Of a stretch of DNA of 64,000 nt, positions 9,511-18,935 are shown one piece after another. The DNA lies in assembly GCA_049584655.1 (NCBI GenBank), contig JBAUYF010000007.1, positions 27,288 to 91,287 on the forward strand, in the 5' to 3' direction. The notes under the pieces were generated by a model. It was not told where the DNA came from. It ran no database searches and saw nothing but the letters and a program-made list of their open reading frames with translations. The position numbers and the translations under genes are program-made. Source of the DNA: Thermoplasmata archaeon. Lineage in GTDB: Archaea > Thermoplasmatota > Thermoplasmata > Lutacidiplasmatales > UBA184. Position 1 is the first letter of the stretch, and each line of letters opens with the position of its first letter.

Positions 9511-9699
9511 AGTAGCCCAGTCGCGGGGGTTGGGTCCCGGGAGTTGAAAAGCGTAGCTGCCTATGCGCAGCGCAACCCCGCACGAAGCGCTACTCGCGGG
9601 GCACAAATTCCTCCCGGATCACGATTCCTGGACCACCAGTCGAAATAGCCCATCGCGTCAACCGCCGCGAGCTACGGTTGGCGGTCTTGTCCGAAAAGT

Positions 9700-9750
9700 A
9701 GAGGATCCCGGGCCCGGTGGATCCGCGGGCGGTTACCACCGCCCAGCTCG
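9700..9750 (-). terminator. 7-bp GC hairpin (GGGCGGT-tacc-ACCGCCC) followed on the minus strand by CTTTTCGG; terminator-like element 3' of gene 9775..10185
   Basis: A perfect inverted repeat at 9729-9746 with a T-run downstream on the transcribed strand. Confidence 0.3.
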
Positions 9751-9774
9751 GCCGCGCGGGAGTTTCCCGGTAAT

Positions 9775-10185
9775 CTAGCGGAAGTGGCGCGAAACCGCGA
9801 TCAGGTAAATCGCCAGGATCAACGCCACGATGAATCCGAATGTGATGAACGCTCCGGCCAATCCGTAGGACACCATCTCAAAGATCAGGAAGATGAGCGT
9901 AAGGACCAGGGCCCATAGACGCAGATGCCAGAGACCCACCGCGAGGCCGAGAATAATCAGGCCCACGATGAGCACGATCAGCCCGCCAATGACCCCCGAG
10001 AACCCGAAATGCCCGAACAGGTTCCCTCCTCCGTACTTGACCCCAATCGAGGAACCCACGGCCAGGAAGAGGCCCAGCAGGAACACGACGAACCCATAGA
10101 TCCCGATCAACACGGCGAGGATTGCCACGCCCAAAGGTCGGGAGGGCCGGGTCTCGTAGACCGCCGTGGTGGGTTCTGCCGTCAT
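9775..10185 (-). CDS. Small 4-TM membrane protein; paralog of 31263..31724
   Basis: 136 aa. The C-terminal half GLWHLRLWALVLTLIFLIFEMVSYGL...IAVSRHFR aligns with ALWRQETWALWTLIVLVFLSEAYLF...LAVRRYFY of 31263..31724. Confidence 0.6.
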   Translation of the reverse strand: MTAEPTTAVYETRPSRPLGVAILAVLIGIYGFVVFLLGLFLAVGSSIGVKYGGGNLFGHFGFSGVIGGLIVLIVGLIILGLAVGLWHLRLWALVLTLIFLIFEMVSYGLAGAFITFGFIVALILAIYLIAVSRHFR

Positions 10186-10350
10186 TGAGTCTTAACCTCT
10201 CGAATCGTTGGGAACCCGAGGGGGCATATGAACCCTCGTTTTGGTGTATATTTCGAAAATCTTGCCGCCGAGCGGGTAATCCGGCCTTCTCTTAGGCGAT
10301 TATGTCAGAGGTTCGGCTTCCAAACCGTCTGTTCGGAGGGATTGTATAGG

Positions 10351-11670
10351 TTATACGTCATGGGCGCGCGACGGAGAGTCAGATCTGACTTTCTGGGCCT
10401 CCGCCGGGGTCGTGATACCTCCGGATGCGGCCGCGATCGCAGCGGAGGTAACATACGAAAGGACGAAAATGGTCGCCATCACCGTAACGATCCCGAGAAG
10501 CTCTACCCCCATCTGCTGAACGGCTGAAATCCCACCCCCGAAGAAGAGGCCATTTGGTAGGTTCGGGAACCCCGACCCTTGGGCGAAAGCATGCTGCGCG
10601 AACAGGGGAATCATGAGAATGCCGAACAGTCCACCGACCAAGTGACCCGGAATCAGGCCGACGGGGTCTGAAAACCATCGGACTCGTGAGACCAGGACCT
10701 CCGCGTAAACAAAGATCGGGCCGCACACCAATCCCAGTATCAGGGCGCTCGCGGGCGATACGAAGCCCGCAAGTGGGGTGATGACGATGAGCCCCATAAG
10801 AGTTCCATTGACGGCCCAGGGGAGGTCCGCTGAGCCGCCCCGGCGGAAGAACTGGACCGCCAATACAGATACCATCCCGGCGGCCGCTGCGATGAAGGTC
10901 GTCAGAACGACTACGATCGCTTCCGAATTGAACTGTAGGACGCTCCCCGGATTGAAGCCAAACCATCCAACCCAGAGAAGAAGGATCGATAGGGCGAGCC
11001 ACCCCGGACGGATAGACAATGGCGTTTGCGGGGAGGTAGTATAGCCTCGAGCTCTCTCTTCTCGCCAGACTTGGGCGAGGATGCCCAGGCCAGCGGCGCC
11101 GGCGGCCCCATGAACGACGAGGCCACCCGCAAAATCAACCATACCGATTTTGGCGAGCCATCCCGTCGGATTCCAGATCCAGGCCGCGGGGATCGTCCAA
11201 ATGATCCCAAAGTAGACCACCGAGTAGATCGCGAACGAGGTCAGCTTGACCTTACGCAACACGACGACGCCTACGAGCGCCAGAGTTACGGATGCGAATG
11301 CCGTTTCGAAGAGGAAGTAGGTCCCCATCGCCAGCCCGGTGCCGAAGTAGGCCGGCTGCATCGACCACCAAGGCGTATCGAAAGCGTTCGAGTAGTTCGG
11401 AGAGAATCCTCCCAGGAGGAGCCCGGGACTGTACACAGGGTTTCCGATGAGCCCCGACAGGGTGGGGGCGAACCCGAGGTTGAACCCCACGATCGCCATG
11501 ACGACGAGGGCGAGCCCGCTCATCAGCAGAGTTTTGAGCAGACTTCGGTCCAAGGATTCCCCTAGCTCACCGACCTCGAGGAAGCCGACCGCAAGGGTCA
11601 TGCAGAAGACCAGGAGCGCCGCGATGAGAACCCAGAGATTGTTGTCTAGGTAGGTCGGGTCGAATAACAT
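10351..11670 (-). CDS. amt: Ammonium transporter (Amt/MEP family)
   Basis: About 440 aa with 11 TM segments and Amt motifs (DFAGG..VH..AG..GL..A). The start is MLFDPTYLDNNLW (ATG, cat at 11668-11670). Confidence 0.85.
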   Translation of the reverse strand: MLFDPTYLDNNLWVLIAALLVFCMTLAVGFLEVGELGESLDRSLLKTLLMSGLALVVMAIVGFNLGFAPTLSGLIGNPVYSPGLLLGGFSPNYSNAFDTPWWSMQPAYFGTGLAMGTYFLFETAFASVTLALVGVVVLRKVKLTSFAIYSVVYFGIIWTIPAAWIWNPTGWLAKIGMVDFAGGLVVHGAAGAAGLGILAQVWREERARGYTTSPQTPLSIRPGWLALSILLLWVGWFGFNPGSVLQFNSEAIVVVLTTFIAAAAGMVSVLAVQFFRRGGSADLPWAVNGTLMGLIVITPLAGFVSPASALILGLVCGPIFVYAEVLVSRVRWFSDPVGLIPGHLVGGLFGILMIPLFAQHAFAQGSGFPNLPNGLFFGGGISAVQQMGVELLGIVTVMATIFVLSYVTSAAIAAASGGITTPAEAQKVRSDSPSRAHDV

Positions 11671-11835
11671 CGTTGGATTCCTTGTTCTCGTCGGCTCGAA
11701 GACCGATCCGGGTCCAGACGCCCCGTGAAACACCGAATCGTCCCCTTTTTGAGCCCTCGCTTCGAGGCGAGGGGCCGCACTGCGGCTCTAAGGTTCCGGA
11801 CTGCGGAGCTCGCCGGGGAAAAATATCGGGCCGGC

Positions 11836-12429
11836 TCAGTCGGCCGATGCGTGGATCTGGGAACCCCAAGAGATGAGGGCGATTTCCGCGCCGATTCGCG
11901 GTGCGTCTACTTGCCGTATGCGTTGGAGGAGGTCTTTGCGCGCGGCGGGTGTGAGGACGGTGTCGAGCGTCCGATAGACCTCGTCCTCTCGTCCGTGGTC
12001 CTCCTCGATGCGATCGGCTTCCTTCCGAACCAGGTCGGCCATCTTGAGGGCGTCCGGGCCGGCGGGCGGTTTTCCTTCCTTCATCAACTGTCGGATCTGA
12101 CGCTCGAACTCCTCGGGCTTCCGCTGCTCCTTAGAGCAGCGTTCGAGAAACGCTTCCAGCTCCACTCGGCCGAGCTGGGCCAGCGCATCCTGCACCATGC
12201 GGTCGTTTACGAGGTGGGTTTCGATCAAGTAGCGATGATGTACGTCGAGCAAGCGCTCGATCCGCTTGAGGTCCATGCGCTTCGAGCGTTGAAGCACCTC
12301 GGCCGATTCTCGCAGACGGGCGGCCATCACATAGAGCAAGGTGTGCTGCCGATACATTTCGAGGATCAGGTCATCCTTTGAAAACCCCTCCGGCCCGCGG
12401 TGGGCTTGGGCGGAAGATGAGGCAGGCAC
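11836..12429 (-). CDS. Hemerythrin-like (HHE cation-binding) domain protein
   Basis: Spaced His/Glu motifs (MYRQH, VHHRYLIETHL, EEDHGREDEVY) resemble hemerythrin metal ligands. The plus-strand ORF 11725..12381 is antisense to it and was rejected. Confidence 0.45.
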   Translation of the reverse strand: MPASSSAQAHRGPEGFSKDDLILEMYRQHTLLYVMAARLRESAEVLQRSKRMDLKRIERLLDVHHRYLIETHLVNDRMVQDALAQLGRVELEAFLERCSKEQRKPEEFERQIRQLMKEGKPPAGPDALKMADLVRKEADRIEEDHGREDEVYRTLDTVLTPAARKDLLQRIRQVDAPRIGAEIALISWGSQIHASAD

Positions 12430-12494
12430 GACCGCAATAGGAAATCTGGAGTATTTGGCAAAGAGCTTCGTCGGCGAGAGGCCGGGGTCTCGAC

Positions 12495-13421
12495 CTATAG
12501 CGTGAAATGCGACGTCCGCAGCGATTCGATCTGGTCCGAGATGATGGGCCGACCGAGCCGATCGCGAATTCGCCGACGCTGCCGACGCCGCTGCGCGCGT
12601 ACTGCGGCCGTCCAGGCGGCGACGTCAGGCGCGTCCCGTTCGGGTCGAATCCATTGGATCACCTGATCCAGGTCGTGGAGCTTCCCCAAGTCCCGCTGCA
12701 GTCGGACGAGCTGCTCCTGCGCGTCTACGGGACGAGATGTAGCGAGGGCTTCGCGGAAGAGCCGCATTTCGCGGAGCTCCTTGCGCAAGTCATGCAATCG
12801 AGGGGTCGATACGCGGGCGACGGCTCGGTCGAGCGATCGGGAGACCTCGTCCACGCGTCGGAGGAACTCGGCCTCTGTTTGCAGCATCCAGGACCGCGGG
12901 TCCGAGGCTTCGTGTGCTTCGCGGACCAGACCCCGCAACGCGGCGAACGTCTGATCGTCCGTCAGCGCTTGCGCGAACTTGGCCAGCTTGCGTCGACCGG
13001 CGCGAGCCTCCTTCCTAAGTCGCCCGCGCGCGTTCTGAATGCCCTCGGGGCCGATCGATCGCGAATTTCGAGGGGCTGACGGCAGAACCGAAAGACCGAC
13101 ATCCCGATCACGCACTTGCCCGCACAGTCGAGCAAACGTGTTCACCCGCGCCTGGACCTCCTTCGCGAGCTTTCGCGATTCCGGCGAAATTGAGGCACGC
13201 CAGGGGCGGAACAAGACTGACAGGCGACGCAGGTCCCGGTGCAACACGTGGAGCGGCTCCTCGCCAATGGTGGGACGGATGGCCAATGCCGCCACGCGGG
13301 ACTCGATCGACCCGACCAACGATTCGTACCGTTGGAAGGCGCGTTCTTGATCGTCCGCAGGAATCATGGGAGTTCGCCGACCCCTTTCCCTTTCATTTAA
13401 CTTGCTCTCGAGACTTCTCAA
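12495..13421 (-). CDS. CHAD-domain protein
   Basis: Repeated LHxLRxxxRRLRxxLxxF helical motifs (LHVLHRDLRRLSVLF, LHDLRKELREMRLFREAL, LQRDLGKLHDL) typical of CHAD. The true start is probably the internal MIPADDQ. Confidence 0.6.
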   Translation of the reverse strand: MRSLESKLNERERGRRTPMIPADDQERAFQRYESLVGSIESRVAALAIRPTIGEEPLHVLHRDLRRLSVLFRPWRASISPESRKLAKEVQARVNTFARLCGQVRDRDVGLSVLPSAPRNSRSIGPEGIQNARGRLRKEARAGRRKLAKFAQALTDDQTFAALRGLVREAHEASDPRSWMLQTEAEFLRRVDEVSRSLDRAVARVSTPRLHDLRKELREMRLFREALATSRPVDAQEQLVRLQRDLGKLHDLDQVIQWIRPERDAPDVAAWTAAVRAQRRRQRRRIRDRLGRPIISDQIESLRTSHFTL

Positions 13422-13744
13422 GGCGCAGAGCTGGTCAAATCGTGGTATAACCCCAGCAAGAGAGTTGCGGTAAACTTACCGGACCTCGACGATCGAATGG
13501 CGGATGAACCGAGACGCCGCGCCGTCGACCGATTCGACCAAATTCCTAGTAAAGGTCGCGCCAACTGACGGAAAATTAATCGTGTAGCTCACAGCGCTAC
13601 ATTTGAGGATTGATACTTGTCATGTTGTGCCGTGGCTCGGGGTTAATTGAGCCAATCCGGATTCCACTTTCCCAGTCAGCGTCTTCGCTAAATACCCCTT
13701 CGGAGCTGAACAATCGAGGCAAACCATGGACACGGAGGGAGACA

Positions 13745-13972
13745 ATGCTGCAGATGCAGATAGCCCTGCAGAACGTAGCCATCCGGCGAGCCCATGCGGA
13801 CGCTCGCTTCCGCGGTCTTCAGGAGTACCATAACCTGGAGACCCCGCGCGAGGAGTCCTTGTGGCTCGTCGCGCAGGCACGAACCAACCGAACGACGGTG
13901 CCCGCACGGGAATCCGGCGAGTCCCGGTCACTCCGGACTCGGCTTGCGGAGTTCCTCCGCATCGGGGTCTGA
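13745..13972 (+). CDS. Small basic hypothetical protein (75 aa) in a long AT-rich intergenic region
   Basis: ATG is preceded by GGAGGGAG (SD-like) at a 5-nt spacing. Sequence: MLQMQIALQNVAIRRAHADARFRGLQEY... It is a sub-ORF of track ORF 13610..13972. Confidence 0.3.
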   Translation: MLQMQIALQNVAIRRAHADARFRGLQEYHNLETPREESLWLVAQARTNRTTVPARESGESRSLRTRLAEFLRIGV

Positions 13973-14043
13973 CACCGAACCTGCCCCTAGGGCACCGTCG
14001 AACCCTTTCCCCCGATTACACCGGGGGAACTACTGAAACCGGC

Positions 14044-14520
14044 TTAGGAGCGTCCTTTCGGAGTCCTCTTTCTCTTCAGACGGGCCTTGGCGGCTCGCTC
14101 CTTACGCTTCTCAGCGGCCGTGGGCCATCGGAAGAGCTCGATCCAATTTCCGTCGGGATCTTTGACGTCCGCCACCCATCCCTGGCTCACTTTGAGGTCG
14201 ACCTCAGTAGGACGCGCCCCGTGACCAAGAAGACGGTGATATTCCGCCTCCAATCGGGCGGCCGAAACACTTCCGAGGAGGAATCCAATGTGATCGAGTC
14301 CCTCCCCTGCAGCGTACGGGGCGGCGAATTTCGACTTGCTCGGGTACCAGTTGAGTTCCAGCCGTTGGTGCGACTTGGGATCCTCTAACAGTACCCAGAT
14401 TCCAGCGCCCCACTTTCTCAAGTCGCCTCGAGTCACCTCCCGCAGTCGAAGTCCTCTCGTGTAGAATCGGAGCGATCGCGCCAGGTTCGTCACTCGGATT
14501 CCGGTGTATCGCAGCGGCAT
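14044..14520 (-). CDS. VOC / glyoxalase family protein with a Lys/Arg-rich C-terminal tail
   Basis: FYTRGLRL...LELNWY...DHIGFL...DPDGNWIELF. Paralog of 645..1055. The tail is AEKRKERAAKARLKRKRTPKGRS. Confidence 0.7.
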   Translation of the reverse strand: MPLRYTGIRVTNLARSLRFYTRGLRLREVTRGDLRKWGAGIWVLLEDPKSHQRLELNWYPSKSKFAAPYAAGEGLDHIGFLLGSVSAARLEAEYHRLLGHGARPTEVDLKVSQGWVADVKDPDGNWIELFRWPTAAEKRKERAAKARLKRKRTPKGRS

Positions 14521-14808
14521 GGAGGCTCGAACGACTCGCTCAATTCAAGGTTTCCGCCTTAGGCCTGGCGCCCAAATTGGATTCACGAGAGATCCGTGGA
14601 GTTCGCCGGACGCCGCCTGGGAGATGTGTAGGGCATACAGTTCAATTCGCAAACTCCGGGGTGAGTGGGGAATCGAGCTTATGGGAGGTTTTGGCCCATC
14701 TCAGACGACTAGAACCGTTTCTTGTCAACCAGGTCTCCGGCAGCCTCGACATCGTCGCCATTGGAGAGCTAGGTCTATCTTGGTGAAAGTTTTTGATTTT
14801 GTGGGACG

Positions 14809-15144
14809 ATGGAGTTCCAAGCGACGCGCGCCCCGATCCCCGCGGAGGGGATTATCTGCCCCGGGTGTGGGGAGTCGATTCATCGGAAAACCGTCGCCTT
14901 TCAGTTGTCTGGCTTGCCTTTGATCCTCCGCTCCACAATGGGCGAGGCACGATACCACGGCATTGAGTGCCTTCGGGTCGACGCCCGCCGACGTTACCGT
15001 GCCCAGTTCGAGTTCAAGTCGAGCAATCGATTCGGCTGGCAGGCGCATGCGGCTACGAACGATGAGCGGCTCCTCACTCTGAAGCTGCTGTCCGAGTGGG
15101 CCGAGGCGCGCCGGACCGCTGAAACGAAGTTGCCCGCGCAATAA
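14809..15144 (+). CDS. Hypothetical protein with a CPGCG motif
   Basis: 111-aa ORF. The opposite-strand ORF 14725..15234 looks less protein-like. No family recognised. Confidence 0.25.
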   Translation: MEFQATRAPIPAEGIICPGCGESIHRKTVAFQLSGLPLILRSTMGEARYHGIECLRVDARRRYRAQFEFKSSNRFGWQAHAATNDERLLTLKLLSEWAEARRTAETKLPAQ

Positions 15145-15267
15145 CGCCCTCCTCGGATTGTGAACGACCGCCCGCTCCATCGGAGTACGGTCCGCGAGAC
15201 ATCCGCCTAGACTCAAGTAACACTGCGGTCCCACCCCGAGGAGGCGGGGAGTTCACGTTCCAGCGCT

Positions 15268-16098
15268 ATGCCGTTTGTCGATGTCCATGGAGCACGTCTG
15301 TACTACGAGGTCCGGGGCGACGTAGGCGACCCGATCGTACTGGTCCATGGTTCCTGGGTCGACCACACGACCTGGAACCTAGTCGCCCCCCGGCTCTCGG
15401 AGTCATTTCAGTTATTGCTCTACGATCGACGGGGGCATAGTCAGAGCGGGCCTACCAGCGTGCGGGGCACGATCGTCGATGATGCGCTTGATCTTGCGGC
15501 TTTGCTCGAAAGTACCGGATTGTATCCCGCGCATGTGCTTGGTAGCTCCATGGGCGGTTCGGTCGTGCTGCGACTCGCGGAACGTCGGCCCGAATTATTC
15601 CGAAGTCTACTCGTCCACGAACCTCCCGTGTATGACCTCATCCGGAACGATCCGGGTTGGGCAGCCCAAATAGCCGCCCTTCGCGTGGATTTCGAACGAA
15701 TCGCCGACCAAATTCGCCGTGGTCAGATCGAAGAGGGGGCGCGGGATTTCTGGGAGACGTTCGGGGGCCCAGTCGGCAGCTGGGAGCGCCTCAGGCCGGA
15801 GCTCAAGTCGACTTTCACCGCGAACGCTCCGAGCTGGCTCGAAGAATTCGAGGATCCGGGTGCGACCAGCGCCGATCCGGTCGCGCTCAGCGAATTTCTC
15901 ATGCCCGCGTTACTAACGACGGGAGCGAACTCGGTCGCTTGGCAGCAGGAGATTTCGAACCGCTTGGCCGCGCTGTTTCCGAACGTGACCCGTCAAACAC
16001 TACCGAATACCGGTCACTTGCCGCACCTGACCAACCCCGACCTCTTTCTCGGGGTGGTTCAGGCGTTCTGTCTCGAGAGGACGGTTCCCGTCTCGTAA
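15268..16098 (+). CDS. Alpha/beta-fold hydrolase
   Basis: HGSWVDH...GHSQS...GSSMGGSV nucleophile elbow (GxSxG) and C-terminal GHLPH. SD-like GGAGG lies upstream. Confidence 0.8.
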   Translation: MPFVDVHGARLYYEVRGDVGDPIVLVHGSWVDHTTWNLVAPRLSESFQLLLYDRRGHSQSGPTSVRGTIVDDALDLAALLESTGLYPAHVLGSSMGGSVVLRLAERRPELFRSLLVHEPPVYDLIRNDPGWAAQIAALRVDFERIADQIRRGQIEEGARDFWETFGGPVGSWERLRPELKSTFTANAPSWLEEFEDPGATSADPVALSEFLMPALLTTGANSVAWQQEISNRLAALFPNVTRQTLPNTGHLPHLTNPDLFLGVVQAFCLERTVPVS

Positions 16099-16131
16099 CA
16101 ACAACAGAACACGCGCGTCGATCGAGGGGGG

Positions 16132-16968
16132 CTAATTCCTGGATTCTGGCTTCGACATTCGAAACTCATCGAGCAGAGGCATGACTCCCTTGCCCAACCA
16201 CTGGCCTCCGTCGACGGCGAGTACTTGGCCGGTAATGTAACTCGCTTTGGGACTCACGAGAAAGCGGACCGCCTCGGCTACTTCATTGGGAGTTCCGAAA
16301 CGGCCCAAGGGGATTCCCGCTTCGACCGATCGAACCGTCGACTCCGAGGTCCAAAGTTGCTGGTCCGTTCCCGCCGTTCGAATCGGACCCGGCGCCACCG
16401 CATTGACCCGAATTCCGTATCGGGCCCACTCGACGGCTAATGTGCGCGTGAGCGCGAGAACTCCCGCCTTCGCGGCGGCCGAGTGAGCCGTCCCGGGTCC
16501 GGCCATCCAAGCATACGAAGCGACGATATTCACGATCGAGGCGCTAGGCGATGTTTTCAAGAGCGGAAATGCGGCCCGGGAGCACAGGAAGGTTCCGTCC
16601 AGCACGATCCCTACGACGGCCCGCCAGCCATTGGGCGTGATCGATTCTGCTGGGGCCACAAAATTTCCGGCGGCGTTGTTGATCAGTAGATCCAGACGGC
16701 CGTACTCCTGTTGGGTAGAGCGGACCATCGACTCCACTTGCTCGGCAATTCGGACGTCGGTCGGGACCTCGAGTACGCGCGCCCCCGCAGAGCGTAGCTG
16801 TCGCGCGCCGACATCAAGATGCTTCGCGGATCGGCTGGCAATGACGAGATCGTAGCCGTCCTGGATCAGCGAAGCGCCGATCGCCAACCCGAGTCCGGTA
16901 CCACCCCCGGTGATGACGGCAACGGGTCGATCTCGAAGTACGTCGGACTGAGGGGCCGGCGCTGGCAC
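16132..16968 (-). CDS. SDR family oxidoreductase
   Basis: VAVITGGGTGLGLAI Rossmann motif, NNAAG, and catalytic YAWMAGPGTAHSAAAKAG. Confidence 0.85.
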   Translation of the reverse strand: MPAPAPQSDVLRDRPVAVITGGGTGLGLAIGASLIQDGYDLVIASRSAKHLDVGARQLRSAGARVLEVPTDVRIAEQVESMVRSTQQEYGRLDLLINNAAGNFVAPAESITPNGWRAVVGIVLDGTFLCSRAAFPLLKTSPSASIVNIVASYAWMAGPGTAHSAAAKAGVLALTRTLAVEWARYGIRVNAVAPGPIRTAGTDQQLWTSESTVRSVEAGIPLGRFGTPNEVAEAVRFLVSPKASYITGQVLAVDGGQWLGKGVMPLLDEFRMSKPESRN

Positions 16969-17046
16969 TTCGGTCCGAGACCCGCGACGCCTAAAAACGC
17001 TCCTGCAACGTGCGCTCTAATCCCCCGAGCCAATCACCTAGTCCCG

Positions 17047-17505
17047 ATGTCGTCCGAATCAGCCATCCCCAATCCCGATGCGCTCCGCCTGCGAGAGCGG
17101 CTAGACCTTGCCCTCGAGCGCATCTCGCACCTGCCGGCGTTCGACGGAGTCTACCTCGGTCCATGGTGGGAATTGCCCAGCCTATCTCATCAACTGGGGA
17201 TGGTCGGATGGAAGCGAGCGGTACTTCGACGTGTTGCCGGAGGAGGGGCGGAGCATTGGGGCCATTTGTTCCTGCTCTACTCAGCCGTTGGCCAAACCGC
17301 GGGGGTGGAACCGGAGTCCGATCCCCGAGTGCGATCGCCTCGATACGGCGCCGTACGGAAGGTCGGAGAAATCTCGAAGGTAGCGACGTTCCTGGTCCGA
17401 GCGAGTCACCCGGATGGTTCTCCCTTGCTCGATCTGTTTGCGGAACAGTCGCTGGAGCTTCTGCAGGGCGAAGGGAATTCCTCAACGGTCAGCGAGGTCG
17501 AATGA
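17047..17505 (+). CDS. Hypothetical protein
   Basis: Internal ATG of track ORF 16819..17505 (MSSESAIPNPDALRL...). It lies downstream of the convergent SDR. Composition is normal. Confidence 0.4.
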   Translation: MSSESAIPNPDALRLRERLDLALERISHLPAFDGVYLGPWWELPSLSHQLGMVGWKRAVLRRVAGGGAEHWGHLFLLYSAVGQTAGVEPESDPRVRSPRYGAVRKVGEISKVATFLVRASHPDGSPLLDLFAEQSLELLQGEGNSSTVSEVE

Positions 17506-17512
17506 GGAGGAC

Positions 17513-17875
17513 CTAGCGTGTCCCCTTCCCACTTTGCTCCGGGTTGACCGGGCCGGCAAACAACGCGCGAAGGGCCTCCACGTCCTCCGAGCGCAGTCCG
17601 CTCCCCAACACGCCGTCCCACCTACGAATCGGCTCCCCGTTTCGGAAAGCGACCATCGTCGGAACCACATCGATCGAAAAAAGCTCCCAGAGCGGCGAGT
17701 CCGTATCGGTCAAATCGCCGATAGCCGATTGGAAATCCTGTGAGTGTTCGAGAGCCGCGAAAGGCCTCAAAAACGCTCGACAGAACGGACACCAATCCGC
17801 TGAGAAGCAAACTCCCCAACTGCCCTCCCGTCGAAGGCGCTGGCCGTCAAAGTCCGCCGCGCTCAGTCGTTCCAC
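17513..17875 (-). CDS. Thioredoxin-like protein (WCPFC active site)
   Basis: 120 aa. CxxC appears in a thioredoxin context (SADWCPFCRAF...VPTMVAF). Confidence 0.7.
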   Translation of the reverse strand: MERLSAADFDGQRLRREGSWGVCFSADWCPFCRAFLRPFAALEHSQDFQSAIGDLTDTDSPLWELFSIDVVPTMVAFRNGEPIRRWDGVLGSGLRSEDVEALRALFAGPVNPEQSGKGTR

Positions 17876-18005
17876 AGCGAGTTATCGCGAACGTCTCCAT
17901 AAGCTCGACCTGGACGCGGGACGACGACGCTCGCAGCCCTGGCCGATGTGGAAGCCACAGGGGAGCGGAGCGGGGGCTCGAGAATCAGCAGGTACTTGAG
18001 CCTCT

Positions 18006-18935
18006 TTGAATTGCATCCCACCGAGGGAATCCGAGATGACTTGGCCCGTTCCGATCGAGCGTAAGACCGAGCGAATGTTTCCGCGTCCGTTATCGGGGCG
18101 GATCGAACGTCATCCCTTTCCCAGCCGAGTCTTGCAAGACAACCCGCTTGGGGATCCGGCAGATCGCGAACTTCCGGTCTATATCCCTCCGTCCGGAAAG
18201 ACCGAGGGCCGTCCGCTTCTGGTCCTTCTCTCCGGTTACACAGGGGCGGGATGGATGCATTTCGAACGGTCCCGATGGTTAAACGAGACGCGTGTCGTCC
18301 TTTTAGACCGCTTGATCCGCGCCGGCCGGTTGGCGGAATCGGTCTTGGTCGCCCCGGACTGTTTGACGACACTCGGAGGCAGTCAGTATCTGAATTCGAC
18401 GGCGACCGGACAATACGAGGATTACCTCGTCCAAGAGATCCTTCCGTGGGTCCGCGAAAAATATCACACCGGACCAATGGGCGTCCTCGGAACTTCCAGC
18501 GGAGGATACGGCGCCTTGGTGATGGGCCTTCGCCACCCCGACCTATTTCCTGCCGTGGCGTCGAATGCCGGAGATTGCTACTTCGAGTACGGTTACTTGC
18601 CCGAGTTTCCCATTGACGCGCGCGAGATCCGACGGTCGGGGGGACCGGATAAGTTCCTCGCCCGAATCTTTGAACAACCCATCAGTGACTTCGGACCAAG
18701 AAACCCACTCGCAATCACGCTCGAGCAGGTGGCCTACGCTTCCTGCTACTCGCCGGTCGAGGCTGAGCCGGGGCGTTTCGACCTTCCGTTTGATCTCGAC
18801 TCGGGGGAGCTCGACCTTCCGGTTTGGGCGCGATGGCTGGCCTGGGATCCGGCCCGGATGATCGAGACGGATCGGTACCGAGAGGCGCTGCGCAAGTTAC
18901 GCTACGTGTACGTAGACGGCGGTACGCGAGACTAG
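18006..18935 (+). CDS. Esterase D / S-formylglutathione hydrolase-like serine esterase (PF00756-like), terminated by an in-frame TAG
   Basis: LLSGYTGAG, VLVAPDC and nucleophile elbow GTSSGGYGA match esterase D. The ORF stops at TAG 18933-18935, inside the conserved D-x-FL motif. Confidence 0.7.
   Translation: MNCIPPRESEMTWPVPIERKTERMFPRPLSGRIERHPFPSRVLQDNPLGDPADRELPVYIPPSGKTEGRPLLVLLSGYTGAGWMHFERSRWLNETRVVLLDRLIRAGRLAESVLVAPDCLTTLGGSQYLNSTATGQYEDYLVQEILPWVREKYHTGPMGVLGTSSGGYGALVMGLRHPDLFPAVASNAGDCYFEYGYLPEFPIDAREIRRSGGPDKFLARIFEQPISDFGPRNPLAITLEQVAYASCYSPVEAEPGRFDLPFDLDSGELDLPVWARWLAWDPARMIETDRYREALRKLRYVYVDGGTRD

Noticed and set aside
11725-12381. 218-aa plus-strand ORF
   Set aside because: It is wholly antisense to the hemerythrin-like ORF 11836..12429, which has recognisable His/Glu motifs. 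The plus-strand product has no motifs.
13422-14043. Possibility that the long intergenic region encodes SRP RNA or RNase P RNA
   Set aside because: I could not find the conserved P4 (RNase P) motif or the SRP helix-8 motif by eye. It is retained only as a generic ncRNA candidate in findings.
18933-18935. Genome-wide reassignment of TAG, for example as pyrrolysine
   Set aside because: TAG is the terminator of several well-delimited genes here (the CN-hydrolase at 30448, the RHH gene at 57142, the HAD gene at 21873, the triple zinc-ribbon gene at 7548). The amber codon in the esterase is therefore treated as a local event, not a code change.
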